A DNA stretch of 64,000 nt from Tubulanus polymorphus (taxonomy: Eukaryota; Animalia; Nemertea): NCBI RefSeq assembly GCF_964204645.1, contig NC_134031.1, forward strand, positions 13,875,807 through 13,939,806. The letters run 5' to 3'. The notes under the pieces were generated by a model. That model was not told where the DNA came from, searched no databases, and saw only the letters and a list, made by a program, of their open reading frames with translations. The stretch's first letter is position 1. Each line of letters opens with the position of its first letter. Both the position numbers and the translations under genes were made by a program. Shown piece after piece: positions 12,671-26,433 of the stretch.

Positions 12671-14169
12671 AAATATGGTATGGAAACATAGAACTCGACC
12701 GTGAACAATATCGTATTGGGGGGGGAGTGGTAACGTTTGATCTGAATGACCCCTGGTCATCTCAGACTGCAGAGATGATGATGATGAAATCAGTCAATTG
12801 TATTCTCCACTTCTTCAGAATAAGTCTATGTAAAGATTGAGAAACAATTTTTGCGCTATTTACTAGAAATGAAATCCTAATTGCTTATCGTTTATGTATT
12901 AAGGTCATGAGGCCTAAGGTATACTTAGACCTACTGAACCAAAATTTATTGCTATCCATATTCATCAATACCTTCATAAACAGATTATCCCTCTCCTCAT
13001 TCCATGTCAGAGCCATTCTCGCCGGTGGAATTCAATTGAATATCATCTACAGCTTCACTGACTATTAGTCTCCAAATCGGTGCCATTTTGGCTTGTCGAA
13101 AGTTCATAAAATTCACTCACAAAATCTACCGGAGCACCTGGTAGATGTTTACTACCACCAGGAAACGTTCAAATACAATAGGGTTTCGAGTCCCGACAAA
13201 ATAATCTAACGGAAAGTGACCCCCTTCGGGGAATGGGGTGCGTATATTCTGTATATGTTTTACTGGCTTCCCGGAAGGGGAAGCATACTGAGGTTTAAAA
13301 GGCTCCTTCTAAAGTACCAAATGACAAAATTATGAAATACGAAATGAAATTTCGAGAAATGGCCATTCTTTCACGGGCCCTGCTTAAGTATGATCTGGTC
13401 TAATGTGGCAGGGTTCTGTGCCGTGGCCAAATCTAGCGATACGATCAGGCTCGACTTCCTGCCAAGGCAGAATGATCTGCACATTCTCATATAGGCGGTT
13501 GACGTTACTTCCAATAACCGATCCGCGATTCTCCGCATGTGCAATTCCGCTGTACTTTTCTAATTCTAAGTAAGATTCGAACACGCGAGCACGTGAGCCG
13601 CCATTTTGTACCGCAGATCGGTTATTGGAATTATCACTAGCCCATATAGGCCTACGACTTGAAGGGACAGATTAATAAATTATGGGTTAGAGAACAGCGT
13701 GTGCTTTTAAACATATCCTGCGGTATTGATGCTTCTTTATTAGTTTCTTGGAAACCCTTACTTTGAATTTACGCTGTTCAGGTCACTTTTCAGGTTCCTA
13801 AGTGAATTATGTTGTTTGATCCATGATCGGGAAGATAGATAATGACCACACATCATAGATTCCGTATTTTTAGCATGTCAACTTGGGGACCTTTTTAACT
13901 TAGATAACTTTAAGTTAATTTAGATCCTATTCTCAAAGAATGGTCGACGTCGGAAATCCAGAACAGAGCAAAAGATTAACGAGTTAACAAGCAGCTTGGA
14001 ATACCAAAACTGGACTGTATTTTATTTTACGGACAAACTATTTAAAAACATTTAGAAACAGACAGGTGGAGACATGGAAATTGATGTACAAACAAAGGTT
14101 ACAAGTAGTGACAAGACAATAAATATAGCTGCTAAGTAGCGATAACGGTTTTCTACATAGTCTTAAAAT

Positions 14170-14700
14170 CCTGTTCAACAGTCAACACAGTTTTATAAAA
14201 GGAAGGTCACCAAACAGTCAATTATACCTACTTGAAGCCATCAACGACTGGACCAGATGTCTTATTTGACTCTGGAGAATCGACTGTTAGGCCTTAACTA
14301 GTCTTTATGGATTTCGACAGAAAGCATTTAATAAGGTACAACATCAGCCATTCATAAACAAGCTATTGGGAAACAGAATCAGCTCAGATGGCTCAGCAGT
14401 TATATCTGAACGAAAAGAGGTGGCCAAAATCAACGGAAAGCCTCATCTTGGAATAAGTCAGTCTAACTAAGGGAGTTACGCAAGGTAGTATCCTAAGTCA
14501 TCTTCTCTTCACTGTCGTTATTAATGATATACACAGCATTCCAAAATGTACCAGACCAAGTAAAACAACCTAAACAAGCTGTGCTCCGTCCGTACATGGT
14601 CAGAAACATAGAAGATGGGCTTCAACCTAAAAGGCATGATATGGATATTGGATACAAAGAAAACCCAGGTTCAGATTATACCCTTGTGTTCGAGTGAGAA
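14170..14700 (+). pseudogene. Degenerate non-LTR (CR1/L2/Jockey-group) RT fragment
   Basis: Motif remnants QHSFIKGRS, VFMDF..KAFNKV, ERK...ING, GVTQGSILSHLLFTVVINDI. Frameshifted. Confidence 0.75.
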
Positions 14701-15889
14701 GATTATTTTGTTTGAATAAAGATTACTCATTATAACAAAAGACCATTTAGTATCATCAGAATTTTGTTGATAAATGGTTGAAGCCCGCTGCCGAATGAAG
14801 TAATATATTCTTTTATTTTGATACCTCTTCGACACAACAGCTTTTCTCCGCTACATCTCTTCGACATGTTTAGTTTAGGCCTATGACTCCCCGGTACTCT
14901 AATGATTTATCCTAGTAAATGCGCGCTAAATTTGGTAAAGAAAATTAGGTATTGTTAAACTAACTGTTTGAAGCCCGCGGCCAAATCACTGGTAGTAATA
15001 AATTTATTTGTACTTGATTTGATTGTCATGATGAGGAGGAACTCACAGCTGATCCCCGGAACGACAATGAAGAAACATGTTGATTCGTCCATGTTTACGG
15101 CTCGACAGTGCTTTTAAAATCTAGAGCAGTAAATTTCCTGTGTATTGGTAATATGATTTTGAGGAAAATGGGCAACTGTTAAAAATTACTGTTTGAAAAC
15201 CGCAGCTGAATGTAAAGTCTTGCGGCAATAAATTTGTTTATTTACACTTGAATTGATAATCGAAGTGACGAGCAGACTCCTGTGGAGCAACTCAGAAAAA
15301 CATGTCGCCTCATTTGAATGGGACCCAATTTTCGATGTTTTCAGCCCAACAGTACTTTTGTTACGTTGATTTATCAAAATACGAACAGAGTATTTGTAGA
15401 TCGAAGTGAGCTGTAGGATATCATACGGATTGTATCGGCAACAGTCGCAAGGTAACAAAGCCTATGTTCTTTTAGTGAAAATAGTGTGACATAAAATAAT
15501 GGTAATAAGAAACACGCGAATCTCAATAGGGTTTTCTGTGAAGTAACAGAAAACCCTTATTATCACATAAAGACACAGACAAACTGTCTCAAGGAACAAA
15601 GAGAAATTATATATAGACATTTAAACATTAGAGATATGTGAAATGGAGAAAAGATAGGTACAAGAATTACAAATGATTTGTAGCTTCGCTATACCATCTC
15701 TTTTGGCTAAGAATTTGATCCTTGTGCACTGTTCATTTGGTATCAGTTGTGTATGTAAAATGCTCTTGTTATACCACCTCTCACCCTCAGAGAGAACGCC
15801 AATGAAATCATCAGTCCTATTCAAACTCTTAAAAGAAACTCTCCAGGGTAGAGATTATCAGGTTTACATTGGGGACAGCTCTTGATATA

Positions 15890-16003
15890 CAGGGTCCAGT
15901 TCCACAGTTCTGAGTTAAGATTTGACTCTGAGTTAGCTAATTGAAAATGAACTAACTTTAACTCAGAGTTAACTCTAACTCACAACTGTGGAACCGGGTC
16001 CTG
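15890..16003. repeat. Short foldback MITE (related copies at 49494-49602 and 49605-49723)
   Basis: CAGGGTCCAGTTCCACAGTT.TGAGTT / AACTCACAACTGTGGAACCGGGTCCTG, flanked by TA. Confidence 0.7.
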
Positions 16004-16221
16004 TACAATAATGATTAATTACTGTGGAGGTTTATGTAAAATAAACATAGCAGGGACGAATGCCTGGGACAATCAGGACCGCACGGCATGGGGGCAATAA
16101 TGAATAATAAACTATCACAACATGATTTAAATCAATATCCCTAAAGAAAAGGGCCGGTCTAGTTGCAAAAAATGTAATCTAGGCCTATTATGGTTTTAAT
16201 TTACGATACATACTATTTCAG

Positions 16222-16357
16222 GTTCTGATACATCTGAGTTATCCGACTTGAGCATTGATTTGAGGTCGGCGCTGGTATTAACCGACGCTGGTCAATATGG
16301 TTACATAGCGTTATGTGCTGTCTGCATGCATCAACTGTTCAATGAACCAGAACACAG
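16222..16357 (+). CDS. TMCO4: TMCO4 coding exon (first identified, phase-1 start)
   Basis: tttcag|GT...CACAG|gtttgt. Encodes (G)SDTSELSDLSIDLRSALVLTDAGQYGYIALCAVCMHQLFNEPEH, resembling TMCO4 LTEANRFAYAALCGISLSQLFPEPEH. Confidence 0.85.
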
Positions 16358-16804
16358 GTTTGTCTCTCTTCCTTCAATTAGTCCAGCAAAGGGCTGTTGG
16401 TTAATTATGTAGCCTACGCGCAAAATTGCTGAGTTCTAGCCCCTTGCGACCTCGTATCTCATGCTGTGAAAGGTGGGTGGCCTCGTTTGGGAATTCCCAA
16501 GAGATGACTCATTACACGAGATTGTACGTTTGGAAAATTGGTTTATTTGATATGTGTTAAAACAACCTGTATGAATTACCAATTGCCCATCCCCTGTACA
16601 AATTTGTATGAAAGTTTGTGATCCCTCCCTCCCCAGCATGAAACATAATCTAAGAATGGCCCTCATCGTGTAGGGCTTACTCCCTCATCGTGTAGGGCCT
16701 ACTACAATGTTATCTGTTGTCGGACCCATACTCATAATTATATTTTCTGGCAAATGAGCTGATTTTCAGCCCAGGTTCAGCTCATTGGATGGATATATTC
16801 CTGA

Positions 16805-17212
16805 GGCCGTATTCATACAATAACTTAAGTCAAAGTGGGGCACCTAAAATGCATGTTAAGTTGGAGTGGGGTACTTACTTAAAATAAGCCTAATTCATAA
16901 AGATGCTTAACTCAAGAGCACCACTCAAATCAAGTCTTAGATTCTAGACACATCAGGGGCTGCTCTGTTATTTGCACATTTGAATGGCCATGGTCAATGA
17001 ACAATGAGTTTACAACAGGCGCATATCAACAGGAAATATGACATGGTTACCTGGAAATATCTCTTGAAGAAAGATAAGTGGTGCACTCAAACTTAAACGG
17101 TCAACCTGTCTAAGTGGGCTACTGAGTAGTTTTATGAATCCCATTTTAGGTAGGGGACTTGGGGAAGTTGATATTTTGGTACTTAAGTTAAGTTGTTTAT
17201 GAATATGGCGCC
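16805..17212. mobile_element. MITE (Harbinger-like)
   Basis: Imperfect TIR GGCCGTATTCATACAATAACTTAA / TTAAGTTGTTTATGAATATGGCGCC with TGA flanks. Confidence 0.65.
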
Positions 17213-17446
17213 TGACCTAAAAGGGCGCATCGCCGATATATATATATATATCATGCTAATACTTCGATAGGTCAACAAAATATCAAATAAAGAGTGTTTT
17301 ATATTAATAAAAAGTCCTTATTTACTATGAATACCAGTGAATTGCATGTATTTTGTCACATTGTTTCTTCACATATTGCTATTAGCCTGTACAGTATACA
17401 TGTAGTCAACCGAGTCAGAAAAAAACCACGTTTTTATAAGTTTCTA

Positions 17447-19857
17447 TTAGCCCACTTGGGACTTGCGTTCACTTTTCGTCCGTTGTCCGTCCATTCGTCT
17501 ATAGACGGAATCCATTTATTTTTGGAAGTTTTGAAGACGCTTCAATGTAATGTCTTTTTTATATTTGGGTTACAAATGGATCTACCCTAGACACACATTC
17601 AGCCCACAAACTGGCCCTGTCAGATTCAAGATGGCCGACTGCCAGCCATTGTTGTTCGCCAAAATCAGCACTTTTTACACATATTTCAAGTTTTCAAGGG
17701 AAATTTTGAAGACGCTTTGATCAATTATCTTGATCTTTCATAGGTATTTGTATCCCCCATGGCCCCATCAGTTTAAGAAAAATTGGGTCGATCGGACTCA
17801 AGATGGCCGTCCTGTGACCTTTTATGTGCCCAAAAATGTCAATGTAAAGTCCCTTAACTTCCTACTGGTTTGCCATTTTTCATTGAAATTTGTGGTGGCT
17901 ATAATTCTATGGAAAGGGATCTTCAATACAGGGATGAAAATCTTCCGCGGATCCGCGGCTTTCCACGTTGGAGGTCAATTTTTATCATTCTTGAGATCGA
18001 TGTGGATTCGTTGAGAAAATGATAGGGGGTTAGGTTCTTGGGGAAAAGTTGATGTTAGATCATAGCGTACAAAGAACAGACCGTAAAAGCATCTCATAAA
18101 ACTGGTGCTACGATCTCTGAAAACGTTTTTTACAACATCATTGTGAAGCACCGCTGTTGTCTAGAACCACTGTGCAGATCAATGATATATATACATGCAA
18201 TAGCGGGAAATCTATATTTAGATTCCGGCGCAATACACTTGGCTTGAGTGATAGATTGGAAAGTTATAGATAGGGGCTCCTCTTGCGACTCTTATTTATT
18301 GACAAGTTCATTTAAGTATTATGAACATGTTCTAGTGATATGGATATCGTCGGAGCCATCCTTTTCATGTACTCAAGACATGAACCACGAACGATCATCC
18401 GCGTGGCAGCAGTCTTATTTTGTCATTGGAAAATGGGCCTCAGATGCGCCAAAAACTCCTTGAAATTTCAAAATTTTCTTGGGGGAGGTCTCCATAACCC
18501 CCCTTAACCCTTTCAGTGCGTTTTTTAAACGCTACTGTTTTCATCCCGGTTCAATAAATAAGACAGGTATTTTTGATCAACCAATTATCACACAATTGGC
18601 GGCCATCTTGGTGTCATCAGTACTCAATCGTAGGTGATAAAAGGTTTTTCCACATTATATTGATACCTTAACAAAGTTGTAGCTCATGACATGGTCTATG
18701 ATTGTGGTGAGTTTCAAGGTCTGAAGAATGAGAACCTAAGCTATCGTCAAGTTGCAGTCATAAAGTCATGTGACAGGATCGGAAGATTTTTTTTTCAGAT
18801 TGAGTGATACGCCTCAATGAAATAGGTCTACATACGTAATTCGCTTGTCTTAAGAATATTATAATTATCATGATAGATATATTCAAATACTCTGAATAGT
18901 ATCATTTTCTAAAATCATGCGTAATGAATAACGATTTAGCGGTTGGTTAAAACAAATCATTACATCTACTCGCGCATTAATACACCATCAATGCTGAGCC
19001 TGTTAAAGCGCCAGTACCCGTACGTACGGCAATACACACGTTGATGCCGACACCGGCTTCCACTTCAAAAGTTAAGAACAAAATATTAGAAATATTTGTG
19101 ATCCGATTTACACCAAATAAACCTTTAAAGTAAGGTATTTAGCATCGGAAATTGTGCCGAAAATTCTTGATTTATACATGACATAGTTTTTCAAGTAAGC
19201 GCATTTTTAGTGTAAACCAATTATGTTGATTGACAGGCAGGCTCAGCTGCGCGCCTCATTTTATCGATGACGTCAGATGTAAATAATAACATTACCACGT
19301 GCGCAATGCAAACGGCAAACAAATTGAATTTTTAAGCAAACTTCTCTAATGGAATATCAATTTCTTTTTCGTAATTTGCCTTTCTTTTATGTGATTTATA
19401 ATTTGTACATCAGACTTTGCTTCTTCGAACCCCGGGACTTTAAAGTCCTCTTGTTGTACATGGCCACCAGGGGCATTGAATAATACAATAACATAGTATT
19501 TTGATATTATATTAGTACCTATTCATATTTTGTCACCAACATCAATTACAAAGTTGTAGCTCATAACAGGGTCTATGATTGTGGTGAGTTTCATGGTCAA
19601 TAGTTATTTTATATGGTCACCAGGGGGCGTTGATTAGTAGAATAACCTAATATTTCCATATTATATTGGTACGGAGGCATATATTGCTATCACAACCAGT
19701 TGCAAAATTGTAGCTGCTGACATGTTCTATGAATGTGGTGAGTTTCAAGGTCATTGCTTGTTGTATATGGTCACCAGGGGGCCTTGAATATTCAAATTGT
19801 AGATCGAGCATTTGAAACCACTTCCCAAGTGGGCATGGTGTCCCTGGACCCCTAGTT
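17447..19857 (+). mobile_element. HINE family 1 copy with internal insertions
   Basis: 5' TTAGCCCACTTGGGA and 3' TCCCAAGTGGGCATGGTGTCCCTGGACCCCTAGTT. Unrelated sequence is inserted at ~17950-18560 and ~18720-19440. Confidence 0.82.
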
Positions 19858-20217
19858 ACCAATTGATACCCAAACAAAAATTTCTGCGGGATACAATTGA
19901 AGAAAGCGTCTTCGCAAGCCTTTGTAAGCAAAACATAAGAGAAAAACTAACATTGATGAAAAGATCCCCTTCAGACCACAATAATCGCCAAGACGTCACA
20001 CTGCACCAGTAATGGTAAGTGCCTATGGAAGGTAGGAGTTGTTCCAGGCTACTGATTGTTATTTGCATCACCAGTATTGGAGGGTCATGATGAATCCAGT
20101 GTTTCAAACTGTAAAATTTATTCAATCTTACTGATTGTTACATTGTTACCTTGTTCTGTTGGCATAAGAAATGAATTTTATCTTCTATAGGTCTATAACT
20201 TGTCTATATCGTTTCAG

Positions 20218-20275
20218 ACCATTCAATAAAGATGTCATCAAGAAGCTGATTCAGCATTTACAATTACCAAGCCAG
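20218..20275 (+). CDS. TMCO4: TMCO4 coding exon
   Basis: gtttcag|A...CCAG|gtatgg. Encodes (R)PFNKDVIKKLIQHLQLPSQ. Phases fit both neighbouring exons. Confidence 0.8.
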
Positions 20276-20457
20276 GTATGGCTCATTAATAATAATTTCA
20301 GTTAAAGTTCAGTTAAAATTTCATTAAGTATTTGGGTTTTTTCTTTTTACATATTTTGGCACTTTTGGCAAGTATTCAAATAGGCCTATATGGTCACACG
20401 TACCTGAGACATAAAAAAGTAAAATAATTCTCAAATTTTCTACCCTTTCCCAAGACA

Positions 20458-21351
20458 TTTTTAGGCAAGCCGTAGGCTGAGCCTATTGCTATACAAAAGG
20501 AGCGAATTTAAATGACATGGTTTCCAGAGCATAGGCTCTTTTACTGTGCAACTGAGCATATATTGATACAAATCATTCATTGAAGCATTATCCATTCTCC
20601 AAACTCTGCGAAGCTGAATTTTGAAAGAGGGCCTCGTTAAATTTATATGAGCTTTATTGCGAATATGTGATCGCAAAAATATTGGTTTTGAAAAGCTAAT
20701 CAGAAAGCAAAGGCTCCTCTATGATTGGCTTAGCCGCAGAAATCAGCAGGTGTTCACGTGAAACGGTGGTATCGTCTACCGTTTTACTTCTGGGTTTTAG
20801 TTTAAGCCCTAAAATTGTATTTCAAGATCGATTTCTGTGAAAGCTTAGTTGATTAGGTTTTTGGGAGGAATATTTTTATTAGCACTACGGAAAATATTGA
20901 CCATTGTGCAAAGTCCGGGTAAAATAGCTTTTTCTTAAATCGGATAGATAACCTTGATATGCTAGTTAGCCATGCGCTCAAACTACACATTCAATCAAAT
21001 TTTATTCCGCAAAAAAAATGATAAATCCAATTCAATTTTACTTTATTGAACAAATAAAAATATCGAATCCAATTCAATTTTGTTTTATTGAGCAAATTTA
21101 AAAAAATTTAATTCTATTCCGCATTAAAATCAATAAGACCAAGGGAAAAGTTTTATCTGAGGTATTTGTTCCTGCCAGATCCAGTCGCTGTCTGTGATAC
21201 TTTTGTATTCTATGATTGTATTGTGTGAATTATTAGATATTGACTCTGAGCTGGGAGTGTATTTTGACAAATTTAACCCACAAAATGCATCATCATTTGC
21301 CATTTTATGAAAAGCTGACAGGCTGGCCATAGTGCTCTTGGGGCTCTTGTT
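20458..21351 (+). mobile_element. HINE family 3 copy (internally deleted)
   Basis: 5' TTAGGCAAGCCGTAGGCTGAGCCT and 3' GGCTGGCC...GCTCTTGGGGCTCTTGTT. Homologous to 33901-36145. Confidence 0.78.
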
Positions 21352-21379
21352 GGTTTACTTATGAGCGAGTGCGTCTGCT

Positions 21380-22455
21380 TTTTAGCCCACTTAAGTCGTA
21401 GCGGGCTATTGCGTTCACTTTTCGTCCGTCGTCCGTCCGTAGACGGAATCCAGTTATTGTGGAAAGTTTGGAAGACACTTCAATGTAATATCTTGATATT
21501 TGGGTTACACGTGTATCTACCCTAGACACATCTTCAACCCAAAAACTGGCCCTGTCAGATTCAAGATGGCTGACTGGCAGCCATTGTTGTTCGCCAAAAT
21601 CAGCACTTTTTACACATTTTTGAACTTTTTTAGGGAAATTTTGAAAACGCTTTGATCAATTACCTCAATCTTTCATATATATTTGAATCCCCCAAGGGTC
21701 CATCAGCATAACAAGATTTGGGTCGATCGGACTCAAGATAGCCGTCCTTGTCAATTTTGGCCCGAATTCTGAGTCCTGTCGCTTCCTACTGGTTTGCCAT
21801 TTCTCATTGCAATTTGTGATGGGTATTCTTTGGAAAGGGATGTTTTATACCTGAGACAGGTATTTTTGATAAGCCAATTATGATGCAATTGGTGGCCATC
21901 TTGTGTCATCAGTACTCATTCGTAGGTGGGAAAAAGTTTGTCCACATTATATCGATACCTAAGCATATTTTGTTACCACAATCAATTAGAAAGTTGTAGC
22001 TCATAACATTTTCTATGATTTTGGTGATTTTCAAGGTCATTGGTTTTTGAAAATGGCCACCAGGGGGCGTTGAATGATACAATAACTTAGTATATCTATA
22101 TTATATTTGTAGCTATGCATATCTTGTAACCAGAATCAATTTCAAAGTTGTAGCTCATAACGTGTTCTATGATTGTGATGAGTTTTAAGGACATTAGTTA
22201 CTCAATATGGTCACCAGGGGGCGTTGAATATTAAATTAACTTAGTATTTCCTTATTATATTGGTACCTAAGCATATTTTGTTGCCACGATCAATTGTAAG
22301 TTTGTAGTTCATGACATGTTCTACAATTGTGGTGAGTTTCAAGGTCATTGGGTTATGCATATGGTCACCAGGGGGCATGGAATATTGAAATAGTTAAATT
22401 GTTGAGCATTTGAAACCACTTCCCAAGTGGGCATGGTGTCCCTGGACCCCTAGTT
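21380..22455 (+). mobile_element. HINE family 1, near full-length copy
   Basis: SubTIR, (CGTC)n microsatellite, ~154-bp central repeats, and 3' subTIR + hairpin + TAGTT. Confidence 0.88.
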
Positions 22456-23409
22456 GGTGGTACGTTTTTTTATGCCAAAAGTGGTGCCGATTTTTATGAG
22501 CAACACGGTTCATACCATGAGCGCCTCGCCGCATGCAAAGAACTGGGATCGTAGCTATCGATTCCTCGGAGACGGCTGATTTTTCCAATTTTATGGCATA
22601 AACATTCGATGATCTACATTTATGATGTTTTGACCGAGATTCCTCATTAAAGGGGTTCCCTCTGCATTGCAACAACCTATCAGAGCTATGCGCACCTGCT
22701 ACGGAGTCCCGTCGATAGACTGTTTAGTAACACATTTTCCTTGCCAAACTTGTATTCTAAATCTATAATTGTATGAATAGAAATATTAATTTGAAAATAT
22801 TTTGCATCTAAAATCAATCCCGTATATTCATGGGCATCGTGTGGGAAGCACAGCGTTTTACTTGCACTTCGTCATGACGCTCTGATATCCTTCGGCTCTG
22901 GCTTCGGCTGCGTCTCGATTTCGCCTAATGCGCAATGGAATCGGTCTTAGCCCTTACTGACGGAATTGTCGGTAAAGTGGCTGGTGCGGTACCGCGGCTC
23001 TGTCTTCGGTTCGCGATTTGGAGCATTTCTCTAATCGGGACCGAATCTACTCGTACCTTACAAATTGCATCCCTATATCGTAAGCTGATATAATTTGAAC
23101 TTCGTCAAGCATCTCATATCTCAGAAGGCTGTGGTAAACCTCTCGGCCCATGGGCAATTATTTTATATCATTGTCATTTTTCAAATCATAACATACATCT
23201 CCCAATATCGGCATGTTGTGCACACTCAAGGCTTCTTGGGGAATCCTAATCATACCGTTGTATAATTGCAATAATTTTCTATTAATTGGGGGTAATGATA
23301 CCAATTCTGTGCAGTTGAACATTGTCACTGTGGAAAGGGCAAATTGATTTAAAATGATTTGATGATTATGAATGATGAAACTTCATAGATATTTAGCTAG
23401 TTATTTTCG

Positions 23410-23730
23410 GTCCTATTCTCGAAGAATGGTCGACGTCGGAAATCCGGAATAAAGTGAAAGAGTAACGAGTAAACGAGTAACGAGTATCAGTTTGGAATAC
23501 CGAAACTGGACTTGCTTTATTTTTATACTATTTATATACATTGAGGTACCAGACAGGCGGAGACATGGAAATTGATGTACAAACAAAGGTGACTATTAGT
23601 GACATGAGATAGAGAGACAAACAACAATTAACACATTAGAGAGACAAACAACAATTAACACATAAGACACAGACAAACAGTGTCAAGAATCGAAAATCAA
23701 TTACACATAAACATTTAAACATTAAAGGAA
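23410..23730. repeat. Interspersed repeat (possibly a LINE 3' UTR), also present split at ~13925-14120 and ~15565-15640
   Basis: Shared CCTATTCTC.AAGAATGGTCGACGTCGGAAATCC, GGAGACATGGAAATTGATGTACAAACAAAGGT and AGACACAGACAAAC blocks. Confidence 0.65.
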
Positions 23731-23884
23731 TATAGAATATTGATGAAATATTTACAACAATTATCAGTGACATTTAGTGTTGTAAAAGATATATCATGTC
23801 ATCAAAACAATTAGACCTGTTTCTCTGGAATGCTTACTGGTATCTAAATTAGACATAATTTATTGTATCATGTTTTTAATCTAG

Positions 23885-24029
23885 GTAGAAGCGTCTGCTG
23901 TAGCTATAATGGAAGGACACGGTGGACATACAAGTGAACCCTTTGTAAAATCATTAATGACCGAGTCCTCTCTTGATAAAAATCCAATGTTACTGGTGAA
24001 GGATTTGATCGGATTCTCTTTAAAAGATG
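23885..24029 (+). CDS. TMCO4: TMCO4 coding exon
   Basis: ctag|GTA...GATG|gtaatt. Encodes VEASAVAIMEGHGGHTSEPFVKSLMTESSLDKNPMLLVKDLIGFSLKD(G), cf. TMCO4 QDLLSFSLKDG. Confidence 0.9.
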
Positions 24030-24610
24030 GTAATTTGCTTGATTACTAGTAAATTGTTTTAATAGGATGCGTGGAGACTGTGTGAATTTTTGTTTACAAG
24101 TAACACTAACATGCCGGATAGGTAAAAATACTTTGAAATCTGATGCAGTTGAAACCGTGCACAATGATTGGGTACAATGATTGGGTTTGAAGTGACTCGT
24201 GGTACGAAGAAATACATGTTAATGCTTGGCCAGTTTAATTCATACAAGTATGAATCTGTAATCTGAACCCTGAACCAATGGTTAGCGGTAAAAATCCCCT
24301 CGCTAAAAATCCCCAATTCTTCAAAGTAGGTAAAAAACCCCTCCTTCTGAATTTAGTGTAAGTTGATACAATCTTAAGTTTAATTAATTCATATTGATAC
24401 ATATATCCAATTTATTCATATTTTACTGTAGAACACCATAAGTATACCATGAGCATACAAACTATAGTATATACTATTTGAATTAATACATACTACAAAT
24501 TAACAGTTCATGGATACTAAATAAGTACCATACTAGTTATTGCAGTTAATGAAAGGGTTCATCGCACATTTCAATTATATTACACTAGCTTGAATCGAAA
24601 AAATTTCTAA

Positions 24611-24937
24611 AGGTAGGGAGGGACACACGAGCATATTTTTTCGCCTGATCGCGACGATTAAATTCGCCAGCGAATGCGCCGACTAATTTATACGCCCGAT
24701 GCGAGCGGGAACACGTAGCGATTCAACCAAAATTCGGTCAGCGACTGGCACTTAGTGGAAGAGAGTTAACGAATCACATGATATCAATAATGCATCCTAT
24801 TGGTTGATAAAAATGAATCGCTCGGCAAAATTCGCTGAGTGCGGGCAGACGAGCGAATTTGCGGGCGATCGCATTTTTCGGGTGATTGATAAATTCGCCG
24901 CAATCGGGCGAAAAAATACGCTCGTGTGCCACTACCT
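24611..24937. mobile_element. Palindromic MITE
   Basis: AGGTAG...CACACGAGCATATTTTTTCGCC is inverted as GGCGAAAAAATACGCTCGTGTG...CTACCT. Confidence 0.65.
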
Positions 24938-25650
24938 TAATAAAAGTTCATTATTGCTTATAATTCATGGCATCGCACTGCTCAAATATACCACAATTTA
25001 ACATGAGTACGCAGTTCAAAAATATTCCAGTTCGACTTTTAAGATATTACAAATACAAAGTTCATTATTCTTATTAATTCTAACAATTTATTTTATTCTA
25101 CGAGTTTGCTTACGAATTTATCCCAACGAAAGATTTCATTGCGCAGTTCAAACATATTTCAGTATCATTGCAAATGAATAAAAGCAGAGAAACATTTTGC
25201 TTTTAAATGTTCTTGAAAATCACCAAATGGGGATTTTTACCTACTTTATTTATTTGGGGATTTTTACCGAGGGGATTTCTACCCAGGGGATATTTCCCTA
25301 GGATTTTTACCTACAACGGAACCAACACACTTCTTCCAATATTTTACATCCAGGCTTCGCATGTGTCCATCTATCTTTAATTGGATATGAACTAATAATG
25401 GTCTGGTTAAACCAGAAGTCATTTCATCACTACACTTTCAGAAAGTGATCACACAATACTGGTGAATGTCTTAATGGGAATTGGTTCATGCAGCACATCG
25501 ATACCCGCATGAGTTTCAGTCATATGCGCTAACCACTCACCTTCAGCACTGCACAAATTCACAACCTGACATTCCAGATTCAAATGTTTAAACCACTTAT
25601 CAATATTCAAATATTTGCCTATTGTTTACTTTGATTCAAATATTATTTAG

Positions 25651-25783
25651 GTTGCTATGATGCTCGAATGCGTTTCCTAATTCGACACATTGCATTTTTG
25701 CTTCACGTCAATCTTGACAAAGTTGAAGACTATGAAGAAAGCGTAGTTGAACATTTGACTGAAGAAGACCACACAATGTCAGA
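25651..25783 (+). CDS. TMCO4: TMCO4 coding exon
   Basis: atttag|GT...TCAGA|gtgagt. Encodes GCYDARMRFLIRHIAFLLHVNLDKVEDYEESVVEHL..., containing the DUF726 YDAR motif. Confidence 0.92.
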
Positions 25784-25905
25784 GTGAGTTGTAAATTTTG
25801 GTCATCCACAATTAACACAATTATTTGAATTTCAAAGCTCTTAGGCATTCGGAAGTATGTTAGAAAATGAGCAGAATTTCAATGAATATTTCCCCATTCT
25901 ACTTA

Positions 25906-26433
25906 GACCACCCTAAATAGATTGTCTGTTTGCAGTGACACCGACTTCAGGGTGAGTCGGTAGGTAGGAAGAAATTCTTTTTTTTTCGCTAAATTTTAGG
26001 GCAAAAAACAATTTTGTCATCTTTTTACATGAAATATCAAAGAGTAGCGTTTTGCATAGAAGAAATTTGTCTAATAGCCTAGATTTCATGAATAACTTAA
26101 AATTCTAACTTCATCAGGAGCATCATCTGTGTGTTCAAAATGGAACTATACATTGAATATATATGCACTAAAACATTACCGGCTTTAAAATAGTTACTAG
26201 AATGATTGGCAACATATTGGAACATTGGTAGTTTCCTGGAAAACTTAAAACTAGGCCACACATTGCACACTTAACATACATAGTGCATACATTGGCAGTT
26301 TGTTGGTAGGTCGGCCAATTTTTTGTTAAAAATAAGATTTATTTCAATGAATACCAGAAAAATGTTTTCATTCGATACATTTTAAGTCGGGTCAGTTGGG
26401 TTACGGCAAACAGATCATTATTTTTGGATGGCT
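25906..26433. mobile_element. Second copy of the same Harbinger MITE (opposite orientation)
   Basis: Same TIRs, TTA flanks, and internal similarity to 6736-7303. Confidence 0.82.

Noticed and set aside
12494-12760. ORF with a (YI)n run
   Set aside because: Translation of the (AT)n microsatellite.
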